Positions 29,332 to 37,017 of a stretch of 41,994 nt of DNA are shown one piece after another (within the stretch, counting starts at the first letter, position 1; every line of letters begins with the position of its first letter). A program made the position numbers and the translations under genes. Source of the DNA: a virus. Lineage: Duplodnaviria; Caudoviricetes. The stretch spans positions 1 through 41,994 of the IMG/VR virus record IMGVR_UViG_3300032104_000038. One strand, 5' to 3'. The notes below the pieces were generated by a model. That model was given only the letters and a program-made list of their open reading frames with translations. It was not told the DNA's origin and did not search any database.

Positions 29332-29972
29332 AGAATATTCTTGTAAGTTCTTCGATAAATAATACAACCAATAGTTTGGTATGTGATTTTGAATTTTCTC
29401 GCAAGATACGCCATTGTTTGACCTAAATTGTATTGCTCTCGTATATAACGAATCTGATCATCAGTAAGTAATCTTTTCTTTTTGTAATGGCCAACCTTTG
29501 CCAAACGACCATCTTTGAGCATATGACATCTTCTGCATAACCATTCCCAATCAGATAAATCTCTTCTGTATTCTTGGTTTATATTAGCGAGATCGTAAGC
29601 AGGTTTTATTTTGCAATACTGACATTTAGAAGTCTTTGGTAATTTCCGTTTTATCCATCCATGAAGACTGGCATATCCAACATTGTCACCTTTCCAAAAA
29701 GGATGATTTTCCCCTGTAGGCCTTGATCGAGTAACATCACCATGTTTTTTAACTCGACGATAATGTTTATCACAATAACCTTTACATAGGCTATATCTTT
29801 CACATTCTTCAACAGAACAAAGTCTCCTTTCTCGTATGGGTAAAACAACTGATCCATGTGCTTTCATTCTATAAAGGTGCATGGGGCAAAATCCACGACA
29901 TTGATGTATCCCATTACACCCCTCGACATCACATAGCCTTTGCTGTTTACTGTGTACGTTCGATTTCATCAT
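29328..29972 (-). CDS. HNH endonuclease with Zn repeats and C-terminal HTH
   Basis: CDVEGC/CSVEEC repeats, GENHPFWKG, LCRRCH, LTDDQIRYIR...LARKF. Confidence 0.8.
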   Translation of the reverse strand: MMKSNVHSKQQRLCDVEGCNGIHQCRGFCPMHLYRMKAHGSVVLPIRERRLCSVEECERYSLCKGYCDKHYRRVKKHGDVTRSRPTGENHPFWKGDNVGYASLHGWIKRKLPKTSKCQYCKIKPAYDLANINQEYRRDLSDWEWLCRRCHMLKDGRLAKVGHYKKKRLLTDDQIRYIREQYNLGQTMAYLARKFKITYQTIGCIIYRRTYKNIL

Positions 29973-30009
29973 TGAACAGGATAGCAGTTGCCTAGCAATA
30001 GTGCAACTG

Positions 30010-30408
30010 TTATTCATGTCCAGCAGGAGGAATAGAAATATTTAAAGTTCCGGCAAAGGCTATTACCTGTTCTATGTAATCATTGAAACCTTTTATGGTT
30101 AGGATTGTAGTAGTCTTCTCCACCATTCTCTCCAAACCATTTATTACTACGAACTCTCTTGGTAAAAGTTTGTCCTTCATCTCTTCATGTACCTCTTCTA
30201 CAGTATGTCCTACATCATCCGCAATGTATTTATACACAACGCCCCACAGATAATTATTTTGCCTATTCGTTCTATCCCTCTTAGGTTTATCTATCTCTAT
30301 CCTTACTTCTTGTCCTTCCAGCTTCTTATAGGTTTGGTCTATGGTTCTTTGTTGTTGAGGGGTTAGTTGGGGTTTGCCGTCTTTTACTTGAGAAATTATG
30401 ACAGTCAT
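30010..30408 (-). CDS. NinB/YbcN-like recombination protein
   Basis: RTNRQNNYLW, EEVHEEMK, TT.LT...FNDYIEQV. Confidence 0.7.
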   Translation of the reverse strand: MTVIISQVKDGKPQLTPQQQRTIDQTYKKLEGQEVRIEIDKPKRDRTNRQNNYLWGVVYKYIADDVGHTVEEVHEEMKDKLLPREFVVINGLERMVEKTTTILTIKGFNDYIEQVIAFAGTLNISIPPAGHE

Positions 30409-30770
30409 AAAAGTTTTGGTGGAAGAAAAGAACGATCAAGACCATGATTACATAATCCTCTAATAATTAGCTTATCGATGTTTCCCTCACAATTATTGCA
30501 GTAATCCTGAATTTTTTTAAGTGCATTGTGAGCACTGCTATGTCTCTCTTCTTTCTCAAAATGTTCAAATATACAATCCCTATGAAACCATCCTCCACAA
30601 CCTGTACATCGGTATGCTTCTTCAATTGGGAGTTTCTTCTTACAACATCCCTTGAAATATAATCCTATGTTTCCTTTTGGGTTTGCATCTCCACAAATGA
30701 CTTCATGTTTATCCATATCAGAAGGGGGAATGGTGGCAGGGGGGCTACTTTTTATTATCTTGAATTTCAT
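30405..30770 (-). CDS. Cys-rich hypothetical protein
   Basis: YRCTGCGGWFHRDC Zn-finger-like; overlaps neighbours in the operon. Confidence 0.6.
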   Translation of the reverse strand: MKFKIIKSSPPATIPPSDMDKHEVICGDANPKGNIGLYFKGCCKKKLPIEEAYRCTGCGGWFHRDCIFEHFEKEERHSSAHNALKKIQDYCNNCEGNIDKLIIRGLCNHGLDRSFLPPKLL

Positions 30771-31047
30771 GAATAGTTTTCCAGATATGATTTATGTCAT
30801 TTGTCATTCCATCAATATGATCCTGAAACTCTACATAGTCCCTCTTAGCAATTAGTTTCCCAAGTTCACGGAATATCTCATGCCATGTATAAACTCTCAT
30901 TTTATCTTCACTATACTGCTTATACTTCTTAGGAGCATTCAATGCCTTACTGAATTCTTCTCGTAATGTTTCATCATTTTCTTTAAGGAAGCTCTTTTGT
31001 CCTTCCAGTATCGCAATCTGTGCAATAAGTTCATCCTTAGTTTTCAT
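30745..31047 (-). CDS. Hypothetical protein
   Basis: C-tract upstream; operon context. Confidence 0.65.
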   Translation of the reverse strand: MKTKDELIAQIAILEGQKSFLKENDETLREEFSKALNAPKKYKQYSEDKMRVYTWHEIFRELGKLIAKRDYVEFQDHIDGMTNDINHIWKTIHEIQDNKK

Positions 31048-31083
31048 AATAAAAAGGGGGAAAGAAATTACTTCTTGGCTTGG

Positions 31084-31287
31084 TTATTCTTTTCTTGAAG
31101 GCGGCGACAAATCTGTGGGGCTATACGTAGGATTTCTTTCAGATACAAACTTCAAAAAGAGGAGTTTGTCTTTCACAATAACATCCATTAAATCTTCATA
31201 GTTTCTATGTTCTGGGTAATTGTCTACCAAGATACTAGCAGAATAAGTTATGTTGAGTTCACCTTCGATTGATACCTGGACACTCAT
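31084..31287 (-). CDS. Hypothetical protein
   Basis: Operon context. Confidence 0.5.
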   Translation of the reverse strand: MSVQVSIEGELNITYSASILVDNYPEHRNYEDLMDVIVKDKLLFLKFVSERNPTYSPTDLSPPSRKE

Positions 31288-31447
31288 AATCTTCTAGGGA
31301 CAAGAGCTTCATCTATGTTCGCAGTAAATTCACACTTAGGCCAATCACAACCGAAGAAATGACCATACTGCCCCATCTTCTCCAATGTTCGCTTGGAACA
31401 TCGTGGACAGATGGGACAGCGCTCTGGTGGATATATCCGATCTAGCA

Positions 31448-32323
31448 TCAGAAAGGAAGGTCGGCAGCAGAAATACTAGGTTGAGGAAGCGGTGGTAGTC
31501 CTTCATCTTTTGACAATGGATCAGTATTCAATGATGCAAATTCTGCTTGTGTACGAAGAACTACAAACTTATCAGCCTCATCAAATAATTTAAGATTAGC
31601 TTTCAGGTTCTTATTCTCTCCTGCATTTTCAAATGTCATAAGGTAATAATCTTCTCCTTCTACTTTTAGTGATCCGAGCTTACAATTTACCTCTAGGAAT
31701 GCTTGACGGAATCCATCATCTGTAGTTTCCAGTGATTCCTCAAACTTAAGAAATGAACCTGCTTGTGGCTCTTTATAGTCACCATGTTTCTCTCCTGATG
31801 GAATGCCAGTGATAGATGCGTTAGAAACAAAGGAACGATAGATACTATTTTCATATGATACATAAAATACATTCTTGAACTTGAGTTCACTTTTGCCTTT
31901 CTTATCTGTGAAGTTTTCTACTTTGTACTTTTTGAAGTCAGGATATGATCCTGAGAATTGTAAATATTGTTGTTCTATTGTGTTGTTGATGAGATAGACC
32001 ATAGCCTTGAAGTCTGAAAACTCATTAGTCCAATAGAAAGGTTTGTTTTCTGTCTCTGAATACATGGCATATGTGTAAAGTCTCAGAAGGAGGATTACTT
32101 CGGGATTAGTACCAATACTTTTCCGTACTTTTTGATACTCGTTATTATCGTCTTTTTCCTGAGTCTCGATGTAATACTCGCCATATTCCATTCCTTCAAT
32201 TTCTCCTTTATGGTTTATCATCTTAATAGATGGAGGAAGAGGAATACGAGCAGTTCCGGTTTTGGAACGAGCCAGTTTAAGTAAAGACTGTTCAGCCTGT
32301 GTTGTGAGAGCAGTTTCGCTCAT
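31448..32323 (-). CDS. ssDNA-binding/annealing-like protein (putative)
   Basis: 291 aa ending in the SSB-like tail DLPF; lies in the recombination module. Confidence 0.55.
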   Translation of the reverse strand: MSETALTTQAEQSLLKLARSKTGTARIPLPPSIKMINHKGEIEGMEYGEYYIETQEKDDNNEYQKVRKSIGTNPEVILLLRLYTYAMYSETENKPFYWTNEFSDFKAMVYLINNTIEQQYLQFSGSYPDFKKYKVENFTDKKGKSELKFKNVFYVSYENSIYRSFVSNASITGIPSGEKHGDYKEPQAGSFLKFEESLETTDDGFRQAFLEVNCKLGSLKVEGEDYYLMTFENAGENKNLKANLKLFDEADKFVVLRTQAEFASLNTDPLSKDEGLPPLPQPSISAADLPF

Positions 32324-32340
32324 GTTAAAAAGGGGGAGAA

Positions 32341-32841
32341 TTAAGAAATATAAGAGAGTGGAAAATTAAGAAATCCAAATTTGCCATGATATTTTATAGA
32401 TGCTTTGTCATATGCTTTTGCTGCTTCTTCTTCATTATCAAAATATCCAATATAATAACTTTTCCCTTCGCAAAAAATATTCACAATACACTTTCCACTT
32501 TGTCGTATATAAACTCCTTTATATTTTGATGTTCCTTTAGTTTTCCTAGCATTCCTGGAATTCTGAGATGGTGTACACAATCTTAAATTGGATTTTCGGT
32601 TATCCAGAGCATCATGGTTTATATGATCTACTTGTTTTCCCTTTTTTGCTTTCATTATTTCTCTCGACATACAAATACCTTTTGATTTTCCAGAACCAAG
32701 GTATTCTGATCTTATTGCGAAGCATCGTTTTCCATTCCTTCCACCTTTATTTGCACACCATTTCCATTGAACAAGCCACTCATAATCTTCGTCATCTACA
32801 AGTGCTCTTTTTCCCTGTGTTAATGGAATATATTTAGACAT
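32341..32841 (-). CDS. HNH-AP2 homing endonuclease (paralogue of 28369)
   Basis: IPLTQGK..VDDEDYEWL, VDHINHDALDNRKSNLR, SKYKGV, EEAAKAYD. Confidence 0.9.
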   Translation of the reverse strand: MSKYIPLTQGKRALVDDEDYEWLVQWKWCANKGGRNGKRCFAIRSEYLGSGKSKGICMSREIMKAKKGKQVDHINHDALDNRKSNLRLCTPSQNSRNARKTKGTSKYKGVYIRQSGKCIVNIFCEGKSYYIGYFDNEEEAAKAYDKASIKYHGKFGFLNFPLSYIS

Positions 32842-32988
32842 TAGAAAAGTAAGAATGATTATCAAGAAATACTTTGAACTGTTCATAGATTTCACCGGGT
32901 GTACCTGAGTTTCCGAATCTACCTAGAGCTTCTCGACCTTCTTTAGTATTAAGGTCTGAGTTCATTAGTTCATAGAAGGCGAGTTCTT

Positions 32989-33189
32989 TCATTTCGATAG
33001 GGGGAAATGTCTACCACTTGGCAATTTCTTAAGATGACCTTCTCTAACTAGAATTCTTACTTGCTTATAAGCACTAGTATTAGATTTCCATTCAAACTTA
33101 TCTGCAATGATTCTAAGCCCTGGTGGTTCACTGTGGAGTTCCGTGTATTTCTTAATAAACTCCAGTACAGACTTGTTAAGATCGGTCAT
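32989..33189 (-). CDS. LexA-type winged-HTH DNA-binding protein (no peptidase domain)
   Basis: VLEFIKKY...PP.LR.IA..F..KS...A...V..L...G. Confidence 0.75.
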   Translation of the reverse strand: MTDLNKSVLEFIKKYTELHSEPPGLRIIADKFEWKSNTSAYKQVRILVREGHLKKLPSGRHFPLSK

Positions 33190-33195
33190 AGGTTC

Positions 33196-33224
33196 ATAGT
33201 AGAGTAAGTAGTTTCACGGTACAA
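33196..33224 (-). promoter_or_regulatory. Sigma70-type promoter (leaderless)
   Basis: TTGTAC-17-TACTAT, 6 nt before ATG 33189. Confidence 0.65.
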
Positions 33225-33309
33225 GTGTTTACTCTTGCACCCCTATGAAAGAAGTGTCCTTATACTCCTACGACTTCCCCTAAGCAGGAAGAGAAGCCGC
33301 AGAAAGGAG

Positions 33310-33663
33310 CTAGTACAAATCATCGAATACAATTTGGTTATCTTTCATATCACACTCCTGGTATTCAAAAGCTATAAGCTTTGGATTCCAGAACCAACAC
33401 TCCAATTTCAGGGCATCCTGGAGAGGCTTCATTTTATCATCCCACTTGATCCACTCATTTTCTGAGGCATTTATTTTGATTTGGAGTGGTTCCATTTGGC
33501 TGAGAAGTTCTACAGATTTCCTATCAGCCTTTTCTCTATTGTTATAGTAGATCGTATGAGTACGCTTATCTTTTTCAACTTGGTTTGGAAGTATAGACCA
33601 GAAGAGAAAAATGGTAGCTCCAATAATAAAAGCCAAGCCGATGCTGTAGTTTAGATACTTCAT
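33310..33663 (-). CDS. Membrane-anchored hypothetical protein
   Basis: N-terminal TM IGLAFIIGATIFLFW. Confidence 0.65.
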   Translation of the reverse strand: MKYLNYSIGLAFIIGATIFLFWSILPNQVEKDKRTHTIYYNNREKADRKSVELLSQMEPLQIKINASENEWIKWDDKMKPLQDALKLECWFWNPKLIAFEYQECDMKDNQIVFDDLY

Positions 33664-33664
33664 G

Positions 33665-33754
33665 TTAAATAATAGTGATGAAATGAGCTAAAAACATAGT
33701 AATCATAATTGCCAGAACTAGATATGAACATAGTGTTCCAATTATATTATTCAT
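33665..33754 (-). CDS. 29-aa hydrophobic peptide
   Basis: MNNIIGTLCSYLVLAIMITMFLAHFITII; stops 1 nt before the next ATG. Confidence 0.5.
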   Translation of the reverse strand: MNNIIGTLCSYLVLAIMITMFLAHFITII

Positions 33755-33772
33755 GTGTATATTTGGTAAGAA

Positions 33773-33880
33773 TTAAATAACTGTCACAATCAGACTGCCC
33801 CAAGGAGCTACAAGTAGCCCTAAGATGAAGCCAAGCCCAATTGAGACTGTCCAAAGCATTGACTTAGCGAATAATCGCAT
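33773..33880 (-). CDS. 35-aa hydrophobic peptide
   Basis: MRLFAKSMLWTVSIGLGFILGLLVAPWGSLIVTVI; preceded by TTTCTTTCCCACC. Confidence 0.5.
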   Translation of the reverse strand: MRLFAKSMLWTVSIGLGFILGLLVAPWGSLIVTVI

Positions 33881-33950
33881 AGGATAGGTGGGAAAGAAAT
33901 AAAATTTGTGTTTGTGCTAGCTCAACATCCAAAGCTCCAGCACTGAGTGT

Positions 33951-33979
33951 AGTATAGCTTACATTGGAGAAATTATCAA
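33951..33979 (-). promoter_or_regulatory. Near-consensus sigma70 promoter
   Basis: TTGATA-17-TATACT. Confidence 0.75.
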
Positions 33980-34006
33980 TCATCAAATTAAGGGCTGCTT
34001 CGTATG

Positions 34007-34112
34007 GACAAAAGGAGGAGCGTCCAGTGTCGAAGGTAACTCTACTGCTACGGTCTCCAAAACCGTAGCACCCGCCCTCTAAATACTAGTTCTGGACGTT
34101 CCTCTTTCTGTC
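34007..34112. ncRNA. Candidate structured RNA containing a tRNA-Trp anticodon-arm sequence
   Basis: 21-bp outer stem (34007-27/34092-112); inner 9-bp stem with loop CTCCAAA (34046-34070). Confidence 0.5.
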
Positions 34113-34139
34113 TCATTATATCGTATTTCCACATTTCGT

Positions 34140-35151
34140 GGTAGTCTTTGCTGTATGAGCAAGAAGAAGGCTATACAGGCCACTGATAGGCGCCGATTTG
34201 ACGCTCTACTCTTGCGGGCATGTAAGCCACGCGATCAAGCAGAAGGTCAAACATCGGCACCTGAGAGAGGCGATGATTGTAGCGAAACTGAAACTCGGAA
34301 ACGTAAAGGTGCAAGTACCGAGGACTGACCACATGGTAAGTGCCATCCACTGATCTCTTAAATTGTCCCCAGAAATTTTCTATGGTATTCGTATGGGTGC
34401 CATCGGACTTCGCATATTCTCCTGCTGAATGATTCACGGTTGCATGATCGTATTCCATGACTCTTGCGATTTTCTTGTAGCTCTTCAGTTCATCCGTAAT
34501 GAGCTTTGTTCCTTTCGCTACGGTGTCATTGAAGTGCGGGAGTAGTGTTGCTGCCTTCACGTCTTTTACTACAGTTGCCTGCACACGCTTATTGCTGCGC
34601 TGCAAAGTTCCGAACACTACAGTTTTACCCGCAGCACCACGGCCACGCTTTCCCTTTCTCCTTCCTCCTACCATCGTTTCATCGGCTTCCACTTCGCCAG
34701 ACATAAACTCGGGAAGTTCCTGCATCATTTCTTTGATCTTGCGCTGCATCCTCCATGCAGTTTTCAACGTAACCCCGAGGTGTCGTTGGAGTTCTCTTGA
34801 AGCAACTCCATTCTTTGATGTGGACATGAGGAAGATGGCGAAGTACCAGTCATGCAAAGAGGTTCTTGATCTCTCGAAGATAGTCCCTTTTTGTGGATAC
34901 AAGTGTGTCGCTCCACAGGAGCATGTGTAGCAAGCTCTTCCTTTGTGTCTGTAGAACTGTCCTACCTTTCCGCAGTGTTCACACTTGGGGTGTGGGAACT
35001 GCTGATGAAAGAGGAAGTCCAGACAAGCATCATCATCGGGGAATCTCTTATTGAACTGCTTGATGGTAACGAGGGGCTGTTTCATGGCTAGGAGGGGAAA
35101 TATGACACCATCCTAGCGGTTCATCTTACTAGTGTCAAGGGGTACGTTCCG
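34140..35151 (-). mobile_element. IS1595-like element (downstream boundary uncertain)
   Basis: Transposase with its own TTGACA-17-TAGGAT promoter inside a plausible end CGGAACGTACCCCTTGACA; higher GC; matching second inverted repeat not found. Confidence 0.6.
34171..35085 (-). CDS. IS1595-family (ISXO2-like) DDE transposase
   Basis: Zn ribbon, GTIFE.S, VEADET, LITDE, VNHS, HTNTIENFW, YVSEF.FRYN. Confidence 0.95.
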   Translation of the reverse strand: MKQPLVTIKQFNKRFPDDDACLDFLFHQQFPHPKCEHCGKVGQFYRHKGRACYTCSCGATHLYPQKGTIFERSRTSLHDWYFAIFLMSTSKNGVASRELQRHLGVTLKTAWRMQRKIKEMMQELPEFMSGEVEADETMVGGRRKGKRGRGAAGKTVVFGTLQRSNKRVQATVVKDVKAATLLPHFNDTVAKGTKLITDELKSYKKIARVMEYDHATVNHSAGEYAKSDGTHTNTIENFWGQFKRSVDGTYHVVSPRYLHLYVSEFQFRYNHRLSQVPMFDLLLDRVAYMPARVERQIGAYQWPV

Positions 35152-35334
35152 TTCTTTAATATAGGTACAACCAGTAATGGAAGTTTCGTACTTTTCATAG
35201 TGATCCATGTCTATGAAATAAAGGTATGTCCCCAACTCTTCCTCTGTCATGGGACGTTTGCTGAGAAGAAAAAGGATAACCTCTCTCAGTTTTTCAGGAT
35301 GGAATCTGCCTTTGGTTCTGAGATAGTTAGTCAT
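35113..35334 (-). pseudogene. Truncated Panacea/DUF4065 (SocA-like) gene cut by the IS
   Basis: EKLREVILFLL...LYFIDMDHYEKYETSITGCTYIK, then the frame runs into the IS end before the expected GP.P motif. Confidence 0.55.
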
Positions 35335-35509
35335 TCTCTTTTCTAGCAAAGCACCCCTTGCAGTATGAACTCCAAGCGTACTTAGCACCTGAACATTCAC
35401 AAAAGTAAATTCTCTTCTCAAAGTCATTAGCTTCTTCGTAAGAAAAGAGAGGAAAGATACCATGTTCTTCTCTCTTCCATTTCTTGCCGTCTTTGGTGGT
35501 GAAGGTCAT
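35327..35509 (-). CDS. Small Zn-finger-like protein
   Basis: CECSG...YCKGC; translationally coupled. Confidence 0.5.
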   Translation of the reverse strand: MTFTTKDGKKWKREEHGIFPLFSYEEANDFEKRIYFCECSGAKYAWSSYCKGCFARKEND

Positions 35510-36066
35510 AGTTTGTGTTTGGAATCGAGGTATTCCATCTGTACTGCACTTATTCCTGTAATTTCTTCAAATAGCGCAGCATCGAATTCTGGTAGAGATT
35601 TTACATAATCCACCAATGGAAAATCAGACCAAGAATCATTCCAATCTTTATAAGTAAGTTCTGAAATACTTATCTTTTCCCAATTACTTCCATTCTTTGT
35701 ATAAAGCTCAAAAGCATTGGTTTGTTTTGGGTAGAATTCAGTGAGATTTTCATGAACTTCATTATAGCGTGATTCACTTACTTGCTTATTAAAGAGTAAG
35801 AATTTTTCCCCAAATTGATCTTTAGAGAAGATGGATTTGTAAACTGCTTTGCAATCCTTTAGACCATAGGAGTAATAGCAACCGTAGCAACCGCAGCAAC
35901 CGCAGCAACCGTAGCAACCGTCGCAACCGTCGCAACCGTCGCAACCGTCGCAACCGTAGCAACCGTAGCAACCGTCGCAACCGTAGCAACCGTAGCAACC
36001 GTAGCAACCGCAGCAACCGTAGCAACCGTCGCAACTGCGGCAACTGCGGCAAGATGTATTAGACAT
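35506..36066 (-). CDS. Cys-x-x tripeptide-repeat protein
   Basis: (CRS)2(C[Y/D/C]G)17, then LFNKQVS...LPEFDAALFEEITGI domain. Confidence 0.8.
   Translation of the reverse strand: MSNTSCRSCRSCDGCYGCCGCYGCYGCYGCDGCYGCYGCDGCDGCDGCDGCYGCCGCCGCYGCYYSYGLKDCKAVYKSIFSKDQFGEKFLLFNKQVSESRYNEVHENLTEFYPKQTNAFELYTKNGSNWEKISISELTYKDWNDSWSDFPLVDYVKSLPEFDAALFEEITGISAVQMEYLDSKHKL
35878..36051. repeat. 9-bp tandem repeat: 17 x GCAACCG(TA/TC/CA) plus 2 x GCAACTGCG
   Basis: Directly visible in the sequence. Confidence 0.95.
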
Positions 36067-36068
36067 AA

Positions 36069-36164
36069 TTATAAGGGGGGGACAGAAATATTACTGCGGA
36101 AGAGGTCAGGGATCAGAAGCCAAGCTACGATAGCCAGTGGAATAATAAATTGTAGGAGTTTCAT
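36069..36164 (-). CDS. 31-aa hydrophobic peptide
   Basis: MKLLQFIIPLAIVAWLLIPDLFRSNISVPPL; ATGA overlap. Confidence 0.45.
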   Translation of the reverse strand: MKLLQFIIPLAIVAWLLIPDLFRSNISVPPL

Positions 36165-36406
36165 TCGTGACAGGGGCAAGGGCAATCATGGCAATCACAT
36201 ACGCACTGTTTCTCAAACTTTTTTGAAGTGATGACATTATGTGATTTTAGTGTAAGCATTAGCTTTTTCTCTGCGCCGTTTCGGCCACTACCAGAGTCAT
36301 AAAAAAGAGCACCTGTAATCGGGTGAGTATATGTACAACTCCATCGTGGCTTATCAGAATTGGCGTTGCACTTTGTGCCTTTTGGTAGATATATCTTATC
36401 ACTCAT
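36161..36406 (-). CDS. Hypothetical protein with Cys/His-rich tail
   Basis: CVCDCHDCPCPCH; translationally coupled. Confidence 0.6.
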   Translation of the reverse strand: MSDKIYLPKGTKCNANSDKPRWSCTYTHPITGALFYDSGSGRNGAEKKLMLTLKSHNVITSKKFEKQCVCDCHDCPCPCHE

Positions 36407-36768
36407 ATCTCTTGATGGGAAGGATGATTACAACCTCCTTCTCCTCCTTCGGAGCCGCAGTCGTGATCGTTGTCATCAGAAAAAACTTTCTCTACCATTT
36501 CTTCATATCCTTTTTCTGCCTTTTCCCATGTAGAATATCTATTCATATCTCCATCATGTTCTTCCCCGAACACCATAGTCTCGAATAAAATAGGATCACC
36601 CTCTCCTCCAAAATTGTAATCCAGACCAAGAAAAATTGTGGAGACTTTTACTTCATCTTTCTCTGTTCGCTTAACTATTCTTTTTGCAGTTTCGTACCAT
36701 GCTGCCCATTTCATAAGATCAGGTTCTTGAACAGGGGTTTTGCCGTCTAGTATGTATCGGTCACTCAT
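36403..36768 (-). CDS. Conserved phage hypothetical protein
   Basis: VSTIFLGLD...PILFETMVF...RYSTW..A..G motif. Confidence 0.75.
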   Translation of the reverse strand: MSDRYILDGKTPVQEPDLMKWAAWYETAKRIVKRTEKDEVKVSTIFLGLDYNFGGEGDPILFETMVFGEEHDGDMNRYSTWEKAEKGYEEMVEKVFSDDNDHDCGSEGGEGGCNHPSHQEI

Positions 36769-36938
36769 TTTTTAGTTGGGTGACTCTCAAAAAACTCATA
36801 CAGAGCAATCTTAACAACAACAGCCCTGGAAGGAGGCGTTAGTTGTTTCTTTCTCCATTCGTCTAAATCAAGAGTAGTATCATAATCCAATGGACAACTT
36901 GTGCGGGGAGTAATACCCCCTGACTTTTTTGGTGGCAT
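36765..36938 (-). CDS. Small ribbon-helix-helix-like regulator (57 aa)
   Basis: LDEWRKKQLTPPSRAVVVKIALYEFF; CATAAT 7 nt before ATG; ATGA overlap; hand-translated. Confidence 0.55.
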   Translation of the reverse strand: MPPKKSGGITPRTSCPLDYDTTLDLDEWRKKQLTPPSRAVVVKIALYEFFESHPTKK

Positions 36939-37017
36939 AGCAGAAATTATGGAATGAAAACAATGTGTTCATACGATACATTGTGCGATCTTTAATGTAA
37001 ACAACTTTCTTCTTGAC

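Noticed and set aside
34017-34030. Second terminal inverted repeat of the IS1595 (GGAGCGTCC versus GGAACGTAC)
   Set aside because: Match is too short, has no target duplication, and is better explained as a hairpin arm
34007-34112. Full tRNA-Trp gene
   Set aside because: Only the anticodon arm matches; no D-arm, T-arm or CCA end
35878-36051. CRISPR array
   Set aside because: Contiguous 9-bp units without spacers; no cas genes
35822-36052. 76-aa LRLLRL repeat ORF
   Set aside because: Alternative frame of the 9-bp repeat; the Cys frame has the upstream C-tract and the C-terminal domain
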